Position numbers and translations under genes: made by a program. A stretch of DNA of 64,000 nucleotides from Vicugna vicugna (taxonomy: Eukaryota), in the NCBI GenBank assembly GCA_013265495.1, contig MU058198.1, positions 3,546,419-3,610,418 on the forward strand, given 5' to 3'. The notes under the pieces are model-generated. The model was not told the DNA's origin and made no database searches. It worked only from the letters and a program-made list of their open reading frames with translations. Numbering within the stretch: position 1 is the first letter of the stretch; each line of letters begins with the position of its first letter. Positions 1-12,542 of the stretch are shown in pieces.

Positions 1-454
1 ACATCGCCCCTTTTCCTCTTTCATGGCATCTGTAACTGTTCAGAATCATTTGTCCGTCTTCCTCTTCTGGACAGTAAGCGTTAGGGGAGCAGGGCCCTGG
101 CCTGTCTTGTTCTCTGCTAATTTTCCATCTCGTAGGACAATAGCTGGCACATACTGGATGCTCGACACAGACTGGTCCAGGCGATGACACATCAGTGCCC
201 GAATGGCGAATGGCATCCCACAGCTCTGCTTGTCGCCCAAGGCCCTGGTCCAGCCGCATCCCTGATTGCAGGAAGTAGTCCTCGGTCGGCCAACTCAGCA
301 GGGAGAGCTGGCGGGCTTCCCGTGACAGCGCCCTCCAGGTGGCTGCTTTTTTCCCCAAGTCCATGTGGCCTCTCTGGGTCGCAGGCAGGGCTTTTTGGGT
401 CACAAGTGATGGAAATTCACTCATGCAAACTCAGGCCAAAAGGCAGAAGAGTCG

Positions 455-720
455 ATGGTTAAATGCGAGGCCTCTGGAGCTGCTGTGTTGGGATTCCGAT
501 TCTGGTTCTGCCGTTTCCTAGCTGGGTGTCCTTTGGGGCGTTACTTTATAACTCTCTGTGCCTCAGTTTCCTCACCTTCAAAAAAGCTGGGGTTGGGTGT
601 TAAAAGGGGGGGGGGGTCATACTATTAGCTGACTCATAGGGTTTTCAGGAACGTGAAAGCGTTTACTGCCGAGCAGATGGTGAGCATCTCTGTGAGCCGC
701 CGCCACTGTTACTGTTGTTA
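455..720 (+). mobile_element. MIR SINE relic
   Basis: MIR core ctctctgtgcctcagtttcctcacct preceded by a degenerate tRNA-like head (atggttaa...gggattccgattctggttctgcc); approximate ends. Confidence 0.8.
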
Positions 721-1039
721 CTGGAGGTTCTTCTGTGTGATCCGGGCTTTGTGCGCGACTGGACGGAAGAACTGGAAAACCATTGGGAGCACCGACAGCT
801 GTGCTGTCTCTGCCTCTCTTTGTCTGGGCCCTGGGTTCTTTTGTTCCTTCACGTCTGTCTTGTTCTCCTTTTTCTCTGTCTTTCTGGGCCTCTGTTTACT
901 CCGGAACAGCCATGCTCTTTCGCTGTATCCACACTGTTTCCCAGCTGGATCTGATAGCATCTCTTAGGTCTAATGCTAAGTTTCTGGGATAATCTGATGG
1001 CCTCTCCTTGCGACAGGTGCCCGCCCCCGGGCCATTCAG

Positions 1040-1063
1040 GTGTGTGTGTGTGTGTGTGTGTGT
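1040..1063. repeat. (GT)12 microsatellite
   Basis: Directly visible. Confidence 0.95.
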
Positions 1064-1742
1064 ATGGTGGATACGGAAGACACTGTAGCTGGGATCTCGC
1101 CCCTCTGGTTTTCAGAGAAGTCTTCTGAGGATGAGCAGAGACCCAAAAGATGTCAGCGAAAGGCTGCTGTTATCGGTATATCTCCTTCAAGGCTACTTTT
1201 CTGCCTGCTTCTCAAGGCTCTCAAATATACAGTCCCACTTAGCCTCACCAAAGTTATTATTTTTAAAATTCTTCCCGGCACACTTACCTCTAATTATGCT
1301 GGATTCCTGCCTTCTGCCTCTGTAAATCACTTGGTCATTTCCTGATCTTATATTTGGCTGTCAGGAAGGTGGAAACGTCACAAAATCTCTGAATTTCAAG
1401 GTTGGATGGGAGAACTTGGATTCTTTGCTTATAACGAGCACACACCTACACCCACACATTCATGACTGACTAAAATAGTATTAGGCAAAGACATCAGTTC
1501 CGCAGCTTTCTGATTTCACCAGCAATGTGTCTTTCCATGTGAGTATACAGACATTAAAAGGAATGGGCAGCATATGGGGGAGTTTCATTGTACGCGGGAA
1601 CGAAGAGTTCTTGAACCTGGCTTCAGCCGTCCAGCTTGTCTGTGTACTTTATAAGTAATGGATGTGGAAGTCCCATGGAACACTTTGGCTGGAGTCTGCC
1701 TATCACTGGTTAGAGGTGAACCGTGACACCTCATGTTACAGA

Positions 1743-2318
1743 CTGGGGTTCACAAATTCACGTTCTTACAGGAGCCAGGCAGATACCTTAATTGAATGAA
1801 GCATCCTAGGTATGAGAAATACCAGTATATTAAACCATAAGAATTTTCTTCACTTATACAGAGAAGTATGCAACTTTTGGAAACATACACGTTTCTTTTT
1901 TTTTTTTAATACAGTCCTTATTTTTTTCACTTTTTTTATAGAGACATGGGTACAGAAGAATGTTTATTTTCTTTCAAGTATACCAGAGGGAAAATAATAG
2001 TCCAAGTGTGTTGAGCGTTGGCAACTGATAGTCTTGCTGATGGGGAGACCACAGGGAGGGGTGGGGACTATGGCAAACAGAGGCAGTGCATGCCCCATCT
2101 TAAAGGAGTGGTTGCTTAGCTCATGCCAGTGGTTGCCAGTGTGGGAACACAGGCCTGGCGTTGCCAGATGCTTCCTTTTTTGCAAGAGAGACAGGAAATC
2201 AGAATATTTCTAAGCAATCTTCTAATTTGGGAGGATTGGTAATTTATTTACTTTTTTTTAAACTAAAAAACAACTCGCAGGCCAAACAATAATGCGGGCC
2301 ACCAATTTGCAATCACGG
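1743..2318. mobile_element. MER102-like hAT-Charlie DNA transposon fossil
   Basis: Start ggggttcacaaattcacgttcttacaggagccaggcag and internal gtgggaacacaggcctggcgttgccagat resemble MER102 as recalled. Confidence 0.55.
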
Positions 2319-2671
2319 ATGTAGGTAATATACTTCAGCGAGTCTAAAATCATTAATTTTTGGCAGCCGTCTCATACTGCTGACTCACTAGCTTTTTGTC
2401 TAATGAAATCCTTAAGTGATTCAAAAGTGCTTAATCTAAAACCCTCTAAATCCAAGTTGCATTCGTGGACTTGGAAATTGGGTTTCTGGACTTCCTATTT
2501 GCTCGTGTCAAATCCATTCTGTTTACATATGTTTAACATCCTACTTCTGTCTCCTGACTCACTTGATCCTTTCTTCAAGTCTTACCATAAAAATAGAGAG
2601 ACAGGACTGAGGACCAGCAGCCAGGGCCCCGCTTTGGCAGAGCCCATCAGCAGCCCTGTTTTGTTTTGCTT

Positions 2672-3190
2672 TGCTGGGGCCCCGGGCAGGCTGCTCCCAA
2701 ATGTGCCTCAATGACATATTGATTGTTTTGAATTAAAGTTACTTAAGAAACGACCAACCCAAGAAGGATGCTCTGACCCTCCTTCTGTCTCCCTGAAGGC
2801 AGGAAATCAATCTCTCGTGTGAAAGGTACCCTCCCTACCATTCCCAGAGGTAGGGAATTCAGGGCTGAGAACACCTGTCAACAAACCTTGTTATTTCTTT
2901 AATTTGCCACCCCAACCCAAACTCTGTTTATATTCTTCACTAATCGAGCGCCCAGAACCTCAGTTTCTTTGTCCTGTCCATTCCTCACAGATTTATTGTT
3001 TCTCTGTCTAAAAAGTAGAAAAGCTGCCTGCTTTGGCCACTTCTTAGGTCCCATTTCCCTGAGAGCTCCCTGTGCACGAATCAAAATGTGTTTCTTTTTC
3101 TCCTGTTAGTCTGTCTTATGTCAGTTTCATTCTTCGTCCAGCCACAAGAACTCAGGAGAGGTAGAGGGGGAAAGTTCCCTCTCCCTGATA
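2672..3190 (+). mobile_element. ERV1 solo LTR, MER34-like
   Basis: Begins TG and ends TA (decayed CA). 4-bp TSD GCTT at 2668-2671 and 3191-3194. Internal cccaaatgtgcctc...gattgttttgaattaaag and end gtagagggggaaagttccctctccc resemble the MER34 group. Confidence 0.8.
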
Positions 3191-4669
3191 GCTTCAACTA
3201 AAAAGTGACAACACATGAAAAAAGCTTAGTGACCTATATTTAAAAATAGGATTTCATAAGAAAATACCCATACTTAGGCACCGATTGAAAGACGCTGGTA
3301 ACTGGCAGTCCAGGTCCTGCATCCCGTCAGGTACCAGGGCTCCATCTGACAGCGACGGACTCCTTTGGATGGATATGACCCCTCCTGTCTCTCTGTTCGC
3401 TGCATTTTTCCTGCCTGACCTGACCCTGTAGGCATTTACGCTTGCTGCTCTTGTAGAGGTCTCTCACCAGCTTGGCATACATTTATTGACTGATTCATTC
3501 ATTCCTGCATGCACGCGTGCAGTAGTTTTTGGAGATCTGTGTGGCAGGCACAGTGCCAGCTGGAGGGGATACAGTGGTGACCAAGACAGGTGGCGCCTCT
3601 CCACGCTGCTCCCTCCCCACATCGACTGGGGAAGCTGGAGATGAAAAAATTGTGTGTCATTTTACTTACGACAAAGGGCAAATTGTATTAGAGTCTCATT
3701 TGACTTAGAAGCTTAGTCACTAAGCCACCAAAATGTCTGAGAAGACCAAGAGCACCTTTTTCTCACTTTCCCAAAAGACTGTCATGAGCGACGCTGAGGA
3801 AAGCTTTGCTGAAGTCCAGAGATGTATTTCATATCACACTTCCCTTCCACCAGATTAGCAACTGTCCAAAAAACAAAAGAAAATAAAACAACACACACAC
3901 AAGGGAAATGAGGTTAGTTTGATATGTCTTGCTCTCCTTACGCTGGCTTGTTTGTCTGCAGAATCCACTGTGTCCTTTCCCTTTGTGACAAATGGAATGA
4001 CACTGGTGTACCTCTTAGTGGTTTTTTTTTGTTGTTGTTGTTCTCCAGGATTTTTTTGGGGTCCTAGGCAGTGGTTTGGTGATCTCCTTTGTGAGATATC
4101 TTGGGACCCTGGTATGAAATTCATCTGGGCCCAGAAAACTGAACTCATTGAAGAGCATCTGGGTGTGTCAGAGATGTGTTTGCTCTGCTTTCTGCCTTCA
4201 AAATTCCACCACTCAGAACAAGTGTTCAGTTGGGAAAAGTGGTTTGTGCTGGAATTTCCTTTATTTTGAGGTCTAAGTCAAAAGGAAGGGTAGATGGAAG
4301 AAAGGCTACCCCTTGGAGATTCCTGTCTTGGGTAGGATCCTTGGTTGTGAATAACCTAACGTGACCAATTAACTTACCCAGAAATAAATTTATTAGTGCG
4401 ACCTGAGAGACGTCAGAGATGTGAAGGAAAAGATGAAGACTTGGGCTTTGCGAAGTCCTGGAACCAGAGGTGTTCTGGGGATCTAGGCAGCAGGACCTGA
4501 CGGTTCATTCCTCCAAGACGCCATAGGCAGGATGAATCACTTTGTTCAAGATGCAAAATCCAAGGAGTGAGCTTCTGATTGGCCGACCTTGAGTCTCAGG
4601 ACCATCCCGGAATTGCTGCGCCCACCGAGACCCCGTGTAACACCCAAGGGAAGCCACGGAAGAAAGCCA

Positions 4670-4708
4670 AGGGGAGTGGATCTTAGGGGAGTGGATCTTA
4701 GGGGAGTG
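4670..4708. repeat. Short tandem repeat, 15-bp unit AGGGGAGTGGATCTT x2.6
   Basis: Perfect copies at 4670-4684 and 4685-4699, partial copy at 4700-4708. Confidence 0.9.
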
Positions 4709-4999
4709 AAGCCCGTACAAGCTCCATGGAGGCTTCTTTCCTCAACCTAAAACCACTGTTGACTCTTGAGTTCAGTGGTGCGCCATACCATCAAAGCCCT
4801 TTCTAAGTACTTGTCTGGCCCAGTCCACTGTCCCATTCAAATCAAGTCAAGTTCTCTTTTATTTCACCTTAGTCTTCAAGCTAAGACTCTGTACATAAAT
4901 GATAAAGAAAAATGCCTACATAGCCCTTAGGATTGTCTAAGTGCTATTCCAAGTGCCTTAGTGACACCAGCTTTTTAAGACTGACAATACTATGAAGTG

Positions 5000-5620
5000 C
5001 AGTCCGCTTTCTTTACGTGCGGTAGGTATGGTCTATAAAGTGGCTGCCAACACTGAATTAATGAACACTGAACCATTGCTCCTAAGAGAAATACAAGATT
5101 GGGTTCCTGGGAGCCTCTGGCCATGACATTTTTGTCAGCTGATCAATATATAACCTTGTTTGGATGCGTTTCTGTTTGAAGTCACTTGATTTAATCCATT
5201 GTTGATTCATAAACATGGAACTCAGGCCAACAGCACTACAACTGAATGAAACTCACCTAACACACGAATTTGCTTCGAGAGACATATAACAGCTTTCTTG
5301 CCCATAGGAACGCATCCTTGGGGGCCATTTTAAACGGCAAAGTTTCCAACAAAAAGCACAAAAATGCAAAAAACGTGGTAGTAATTTCCCGCAAAACGAA
5401 TACTTGTGTATGACATGAAAACTGAAACAAGAAGGCAGAGCACAGCCTTGTTCAGCCTCAGCCAGGGACGTGTGCTCGGGTGACTCAAATCTTTCATCGC
5501 TCTGCATGTGTTCGAGAATGATCATGAAAGTACCCGGAGTATTGATTTGGGGGTTATAAGTAAATTCTAGCAGGTGGGCAAATTTGCAGGTATGGAATCT
5601 CTGAGTAATGAGTATTGACT
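5000..5620. mobile_element. MER82 (TcMar-Tigger) near full-length
   Basis: gcggtaggtatggtctataaagtggctgccaacactgaattaatgaacactgaaccattgctcctaag matches the MER82 start as recalled. Decayed TIRs cagtcc.../...attgact. Confidence 0.8.
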
Positions 5621-5755
5621 TTCATACCCTTATCCCATTTTGCAAACGGGGAATGGAGGCGTAGAGAGGTTGGCTAGCTTTCCGCAGGTAGTGTGGCCGG
5701 GGAGTGGAGAGCAGGGTCTGACTTGTCATTGTGCTTGCAGAGGGTGTGTTCTTAA

Positions 5756-5815
5756 GCTGGACACCAGAAGTTGACACATTGTAACTGACTACACTTCAAT
5801 TAAAAAAAAAAAAAA
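5756..5815 (+). mobile_element. Very short L1 3' end with poly(A)
   Basis: gctggacaccagaagttgacacattgtaactgactacacttcaatt followed by an A-tail. It is the reverse complement of the L1 ends at 31932 and 43011. Confidence 0.8.
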
Positions 5816-6114
5816 GACAGTGTCATACAGTGATGGCGTGCAGGGTGGCCCCTGCTGAGAGCTGGTTTTCATGTTTTGTGGGCACTTAGGAAGCAGAGAC
5901 TACCGAGGGCCATGGTCTGAAGGAGGAGGGGAGGGGGAGGTGGGAAAGTGGTGTTCTCGAATCAGCGGGGGCTGTTTTCATAGCCTGTGATGAGGTGTGA
6001 TGATCCTCGACCCTGAGGTTTTCTGTGTGTTTCTGCTTGAGATGAATTTCCTACAAACAGATGTCAGAGTAGTCTGAGAAAAACACTTGTTAGTGGTCTT
6101 TTGGATTTCTAGGG

Positions 6115-6410
6115 GAGGACAGTGTGTGGCTCAGAGCATAGACTCTGGAACCACAGCCTCTTGGGTTTGAATCTTGGTTCTGCCATTAATTAACTCTATG
6201 ACCTTGGGCAAGTTACTTCTCTGTGCCTCAATTTTCTCATCTGTAAAATGGGGATAGTGGTAGTAACTATCTCATACAGTCGTTGAAGATATATAATATT
6301 TAAAATGATAATATTAATATAAATATTAATATATAAAACATATTTATCTAATATATAATTTAGAACAATGCCTGGCATGTAAGACGTGCTCTGAAAGTGT
6401 TTATTATTAT
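6115..6410 (+). mobile_element. MIR SINE followed by (TTA/TTG)n tail
   Basis: gaccttgggcaagttacttctctgtgcctcaattttctcatctgtaaaatgggatagt is the MIR core; trinucleotide run at about 6400-6445. Confidence 0.88.
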
Positions 6411-7431
6411 TATTGTTGTTGTTGTTGTTATTATTATTATTACTGTTAGTCCTACGCTCTGAGAGCCACACTACTGGACCTTGCTGTGTGTCTCCTCACC
6501 CAGTTCAGCGATCACTGTGGAGCTAGGTCAGCTGGCAGGCTTCTGGGTCTTTCCCACTCAGCGAGAGGGGCTGCCTCCCTTTCCTCTTGTGCTGGAAGCA
6601 GATGACAGCTAAATAGAAGGGCTCCTTCCTCTTGGTATTAGCTTAATTATAGGGGCTCCCTAGAAGGGGGTGTGGGACGTGCGCACTGAGCCCCAACCCT
6701 CCCATCCCCCCCACAGCCCCCACTGGTGTGAAGAAGCCTGAACGCTGTTTCCTGCCTCCTCTTTCTTACATTCGCTTTTGTCCCTGTGATTCTGCATCAC
6801 TAATCTTTCATCTCTGGATGGGTCCTGTTACTTTTTTTGTGTGTTTTCTCTGTCCTGGTTTGAGTTCCAAAAGGTCTGTTTGGGTCTCTGTGGGTGTCTG
6901 GCAGCCTCTGCAGGCCTTTCTGAATTACATAACTGAAGTTTTGTGTTTTCTGCTCCTTGCTGGGGGTTCTTTCTGTGCTATAATTTGACTCTTAGGGTAC
7001 TAGGGTTTTCTTTGGGATCCCTAGTGTTTTCTTGTAAACATTTTTCCCACCATATTTTCTTCTTTGAAGTAATGCTTTCTCACTGCTGAAACATACATAT
7101 TCATTACAGAACATGACAAAATACACAGAAAGCAAGTACTCTCACCCCTCCTCCAAACGTTAATACCTTGGTGTCTATCCTTCTCTGTCTCCGTCTCTGT
7201 CTCTCTCACACACAAATGAGGTCATGATGACATATGAGGCGGCCCATTTGTCAAGTCAGATTTCATCGTTTTTTTCGTGTGACTCCGCGTCTCCCTTGCG
7301 TGGCGGCTCGACCATCCTTTCCTTAATGGGTGCCCCGAGGATGGTCACTGAGGGTGTTTCCTATTATAAGCACATCCCGTGCCTGCATCCCTACCTAGGT
7401 AGGTCCTCAGAGCAGACTTCAAGAAGTCTTT

Positions 7432-7493
7432 TTTAATTTTTTTAAACATTTTTTATTGATTTGTAATCATTTTACAATGTTGTGTCAAATTCT
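7432..7493 (-). mobile_element. ~62-bp 5'-truncated young L1 3' end
   Basis: Matches the starts of the L1 copies at 9964 and 25016. 17-bp TSD gacttc(a/g)agaagtcttt at 7415-7431 and 7494-7510. Confidence 0.9.
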
Positions 7494-7629
7494 GACTTCG
7501 AGAAGTCTTTAGTACTGATGCCACTGAGAGTGTTTGCCTCTCCTCTCAACTCCCCCTGATGTTCATGGGGTCCCGGACCCACAGGTCTCTGTGCCCATCT
7601 TCCCAAGGTGAAAGTCAGAAGTGAACAGA

Positions 7630-7767
7630 GAAGGGGAGGGCATAGCTCACTGGTAGAGCGCATGCTTAGCATGCACAAGGTCCTGGGTTCAATCCCCAAT
7701 ACCTCCGTTAAAAATAAACAAAAATAAACCTAATTACCCTTCCTCAAAAAAATTAAAAAAATAAAAA
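7630..7767 (+). mobile_element. tRNA-Ala(AGC)-derived SINE (vic-1-like, camelid)
   Basis: A-box tagctcactgg, anticodon arm gcatgcttagcatgc, B-box ggttcaatcc, non-tRNA 3' part and A-rich tail. 13-bp TSD agaagtgaacaga at 7617-7629 and 7768-7780. Confidence 0.92.
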
Positions 7768-7904
7768 AGAAGTGAACAGAACAGTTAACGGGGCCCTATG
7801 TTAACTTCTCTTCTGGCTCCTTCCCCAATTCTCATTTTTTCTCTCTCCTTTTAGCTTAGTTACAGCTTTCCCTTTGGTTTCCTGAGACAGGTGGAAGTTT
7901 TACT

Positions 7905-8450
7905 GTTTTTTTAAAAAATTAAAATCATGGTAAAAAACATAAAATTTACCACCTTAGCGATTTAAAACGTGCCTAGCACACTTGTATTCAGCCTATTCGT
8001 GCTACTGTGCAGCAGGTCTCTGGGGCTTTTTCATCTTGCAAATCTGAAACTCTGTACCCATTGTAAACAACTCTTCATTAACCCCTCCCCCAGCCCCTGG
8101 TAACCAACATTTTGCTTTCTGTTTCTCCAGTTTTCACTACTCTACATACCTCAATATGATGGAAACTTCTGGTAGCTGTCTTTTGGTGGCTGGTTCATTT
8201 TACTTCGCACGATGCCCTCGAGGTTCATCCATGCAGTACCGTGTGTCAGCATTTCCCTCCTGTTTGAGGCTGAATGATGCTCCATTTACATATCCGCTAC
8301 ATCTTGCTCAGCAGTTCGTCTATCCATGAGCTTCAGTTGCTTCCACCTTTTGGCTGTTGTGAATTATGCTGCTGTGAACCTGGATGTGTGTTGTGTGAAT
8401 GTCTCTTGGAGACCCTGCTTTCCATTCACTGGGACATGGGATTATTGGAG
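7905..8450 (-). mobile_element. Old L1 (L1MA/MB-type) 3' fragment
   Basis: acataaaatttaccaccttagcgatt...ttcatcttgcaaatctgaaactctgtaccc... is the typical antisense L1M 3' UTR. Confidence 0.8.
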
Positions 8451-8514
8451 TGGAAAAGTCTCTGGGCCGACCGGGCTGGGGATCTGGCTTCTCGTTCCTC
8501 CACAGCTCCAGCTG

Positions 8515-9800
8515 ACACATTCATTTGCTCACTTGGCATTTATTGGGCACCAGCCATGTTCCAGTCACCACTCTAGGTGGTGGAGATAGAATGGCTAAGA
8601 CAGATCCCTGCCCTCGTGAAGCTGATATTCCAGCAGGAAGACAGATGATATCCAAGTAACCAAACTGAAAAAATCGGATGAGTTCTGTTGTTCAGTTTGT
8701 GATTATGTGTAACCCAGCAGCACCCTGTCGGGCCTTCCTGGGACAGACCCCTGCGCCATATCCTCTGCTGTAGCTCCTCTCTGAAGTACCCAGATCATAG
8801 TATCTCATGTATACTTCCTGAGTTTTTTAGATGCTAAAAACCAACAACAAAGGGAAGAAATTAACTACTTGAAGATGCAGAGCAGGTAGCTTGCAGACCT
8901 TCTGGCGCCTCGGGGTTGATGGTGTTGACCACCTGCTACCTCGACATCGCCCAGTCAGAGAATTGTGCCAAGCTGATCATGTACCCTGTGACCTCCCTCC
9001 TCCCTTACCTGGCTTTAAATATGCTTTGCTGAGACCCTTTGGTGGGGGCTCAGGGTTTTCTTGGGCGTGAGCCACCCTGTCCTCTGTGTTCAGCCCTGCA
9101 GTAAACCTTTCTCTGCTCTGAACTCCGACATTTCAATTTGTTTGGCCTCACTGTGCATTGGGCACACAAACTTGCCTTCGGTAACAATAAATGGCATGAA
9201 GAGGTTGAGTCAGGAGAAGGCATAGAATGAGTGGCTTCTTTCAGTAGGGGAGGCTTTCCTAAGCAAGTGACATGTGACTTGAGAACCACAAGATGAAGAG
9301 CCAGCCATGCAGAATGAGGGAAAATACCATTCTGGGCCCTTGGGATGAGTGATATCAGGTCCATGGGGACGGGGGAGGGAAACCAGCTCGGCATGATCAT
9401 GAGGCTGGGTTATAGTGGGTGTGGGACGGAGAAGCAGGTGTGGAGGTGGGCAGAGGCCACATCCCGTAGGGCCTCTGGGCCAGCATGAGCTTCTGTGCTG
9501 AGTGCTGTGAGAGGCCAGTGGAAGGTATTAAGTAGGAGAGCAAAGGATCAGATTTGGATTTAAGACATCTCCCGTCGACTGTTGAGTGGAGAATCGACTG
9601 TTGGGCGGCTGGGGTGGAAGCAGAAGATGAGTTAGGAGACAACGGCAGACATCCAGGTGAGAGGTGATGAGAGAAACCTGATATACTTGGGGAGACTTTG
9701 GAAGATTTGGGAGTTGAAAGGCCTTGTGGGATCTGATACAGGTGGGGGAGGGAAGTGAACACAAAACTGGACACCTCGTACTCTTTACTTATGACATCGT
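8515..9800 (-). mobile_element. L2 LINE relic interrupted by an LTR
   Basis: cattcatttgctcacttggcatttattgggcacc is the antisense L2 3' end. L2-like sequence resumes after 9186. Confidence 0.7.
8708..9186 (+). mobile_element. ERV1-type solo LTR
   Basis: TGTAAC...GTAACA termini, about 480 bp, TATA-like ctttaaata near 9013 and poly(A)-signal variant agtaaa near 9100. TSD not clean. Confidence 0.78.
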
Positions 9801-9838
9801 CTTTGAACTTCATATCAACCTCCTAATGTTTTGTAGAT

Positions 9839-11056
9839 CAGTGCTGTCCAATAGAAATAGAACATGAACCATAAATATAAACAAAGCATGAGCCCCATGT
9901 GGAATTTAAAATTTTCTAAGTAATCACGTTAAAAAATCCGAAGAAACCAGTGAAGTGAATTTTTGTTTTGAACAACAATATAACATTTTTTATTGATTTA
10001 TAATCATTTTACAATGTTGTGTCAAATTCCACACACAGTTCTAAGCAAAATTTCTCAGTTATACATGAACATATATCTATTCATTGTCACATTTTTTTCT
10101 CTGTGAGCTACAGTAAGATCTTGTGTATATTTTCCTGTGCTATACAGTATAATCTTGTTTATCTATTCTACAATTTTGAAATCCCATCTATCCCTTCCCA
10201 CCCGCCACCCCCTTGGCAACCACAAGTTTGTATTCTGTCATTTTGTATTCTGAGTCTGTTTCTGTTTTATATTTATGCTTTTTTTGTTTTTTTTTTTTTT
10301 TCAGATTCCACATATGAGCCATCTCATATGGTATTTTTCTTTTTCTTTCTGGCTTACTTCACTTAGAATGACACTCTCCAGGAGCACCCATGTTGCTGCA
10401 AATGGTGTTATGTTGTTGTTTTTTATGGCTGAATAGTGTTCTATTGTATAAATATACCACCTCTTCTTTATTCAGTCATCTGTTGATGGACATTTAGGCT
10501 GTCTCCATGTCTTGGCTATTGTAAATAGTGCTGCTATGAACATTGGGGTGCAGGGAGGGTTCCCCATTCTCCACAGCCTCTCCAGCATTTGTCATTTGTG
10601 GATTTTTGAATGATGGCCATTCTGACTGGTGTGAGGTGATACCTCACTGTAGTTTTGATTTGCATTTCTCTGATAATTAGTGATATGGAGCATTTTTTTC
10701 ATGTGCCTATTGATCATTTGTATGTCTTCTTTGGAGAATTGCTTGTTTAGGTCTTTTACCCATTTTTGATTTGGGTTGTGTGGTTGTTTCTCATTAAGTC
10801 ATATGAGCTGCTTATATATTCTGGAGATCAAGCCTTTGTCTAGTGAAGTGAATTTTGATTCATGCTTTCTTGAACTCATTATATCCTAAATCTTACTATA
10901 TCAACATGAAATCGGTATAAAATGGTTCATGAAATATTTAACCTTTTTTCATACTATACCTTCAAATTTTGGTATATATTTTATACACTTACAAACTAAC
11001 CACATTTCAAGTACTCAGGAGCCACATGTGGTTAGTGGCTATTGTACTGGCAATAG
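9839..11056. mobile_element. MER33 (hAT-Charlie) split by an L1
   Basis: cagtgctgtccaatagaaat start and gccacatgtggttagtggctattgtactgg end. Perfect 8-bp TSD TTGTAGAT at 9831-9838 and 11057-11064. Confidence 0.88.
9964..10841 (-). mobile_element. Young 5'-truncated L1 (3' UTR and ORF2 end)
   Basis: Antisense L1 motifs (gtaaatagtgctgctatgaacattggggtgca; gtgaggtgatacctcactgtagttttgatttgc). 15-bp TSD agtgaagtgaatttt at 9949-9963 and 10842-10856. Confidence 0.93.
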
Positions 11057-12542
11057 TTGTAGATGAGGAAACAAACAGAGGCTCAGAGAGTGTAGGTTAC
11101 TTATTCCAAGTTAACAGAATTAGGATTTGAACCTTAACTTGACTCTGGCCCCCGTATCGTGGTTGTGGCCCTGTGTCTGTCCCCAATGGCTAAGGCCTTC
11201 TCAAAGGAAGTTAATCTTATCAGCAGTTTGGTGGACTTCCCCACCCTCCCATCATATACATGCGGACACAGGAACTTAAGTTTGTCGTATGTTTACATTT
11301 TCCTTTTCAAAGCAGATCAACCCCATGAACATTCTTCCATTCCCTTCCTAAAGATGATTCTGGAACTAACCTCCAAATCCCAAAGCATCACCTCGGCTTT
11401 CTGAGTGACTGGCAGGCAGCCCCTTTGAGTGATGCTCTGGCTGGGGGTGCTGGAGCCCGTGGTTAGCAGTCATGTGGCTTTGGCCGTCTTCTCCCCGGCG
11501 GGGTTCCAGGCGTCTTCCCAGCTCTGGTTTTTCTCCTGTGTGCACCTGGGTCCTACGGCTAGCTGCGAAAATCCAGCTTGCTTTACTCTGCTTTCCCCCT
11601 TTTCCTTTGGGGCATCAGGTACCCTTATCCATTTTCCCAGGCTGGTTATGGCAAGGCCTAATGAGAGGGGAACTTCAGGCAAGTCCTTTCTCCTCGGTGA
11701 GCTGTTGCGACCTCAGCGATAAATTGATCCTGTCTCTTGACTCGGCCTGCCTCCTGGGACAGGTGCCGAATCTGAGTGGCCTTGAAGTTGCTGGGGTGGT
11801 GAGACACTTGGGCTGGGCAGTGGAAAGCAGTGGAAAGAGAAGGAAGGTCTCTTTGGGTGGGCCTGGTGGCTGCGTGAGCTGGCAGACCAGCCCTCCTCTG
11901 GGAGATGATGGGTCCTCATGGACTGGAGAAGTGCCCGCGTTTTTGGTGTGGAATGTTCAAGGCTCTCTTCCTTGCTGCCTTTCTGTATTCTCTTTACCCG
12001 GGAAGCTGAAGCTTGTTAGCAAGCACAGTGCTGCTTGGTAGCTTTTTTCCATTTTGAGCCTGTGCTGGTGCCAGAGAAGGGGAAATCCTCAAAACCCACT
12101 GTTTCTGACTCAGGCACCACTGGTTTTTGCCAGAACCACCAGTTTGTCCCCCCTCCCCCAACCACCCTAGTCACGTCTCCTTTTTCTCCACCACAGCCTG
12201 TCTGAGCCATCCCTGGGTTGGCCTGGACTCGACTGTCTTTGTCTAGAAGGCACTTCTGTGTGGGGATGGGGTGGCAGGCTTGCGGTTACAGGATGGCTGG
12301 AAGGGTTTCACTGGCAAGCATACAGTATGTCTACATGGGCCTCTGGCTTTCTGCTTGGAACCTTGTGACTGCTTTTCCACTGCTGGAGCTGTTGAGAATG
12401 TAAGTGTTGACGTAGCTGAATGACCAAGACTGGTGAGATGAATGTGAGACCTGCAGGTGTGTGAGTCCCCTTCTGCTGGTGGCATGACTCAATCTCTTTT
12501 ATTTTCCTGGTTAATGTTATTATTGCCAGTCAACATAGCTGG

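Noticed and set aside
1116..1175. Possible 60-nt coding exon (KSSEDEQRPKRCQRKAAVI)
   Set aside because: The acceptor is plausible but the donor G|GTATAT is weak and the peptide is not recognised.
4670..4708. Direct repeats as possible CRISPR array or G-quadruplex
   Set aside because: No spacers, eukaryotic context and only three G-runs; a simple slippage duplication.
6196..6471. Poly-Asn ORF
   Set aside because: Translation of a (TTA/TTG)n tail next to a MIR.
7633..7706. Apparent tRNA-Ala(AGC) gene (also at 18855, 20440, 51757, 54586, 54863)
   Set aside because: The acceptor stem is imperfect, and each copy has SINE 3' sequence and TSDs, so these are SINEs rather than tRNA genes.
11472..12041. 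Longest ORF (189 aa) and all other ORF-track entries
   Set aside because: No recognisable domain. Many have non-ATG starts or lie within repeats, and the lengths are what chance gives in mammalian DNA.
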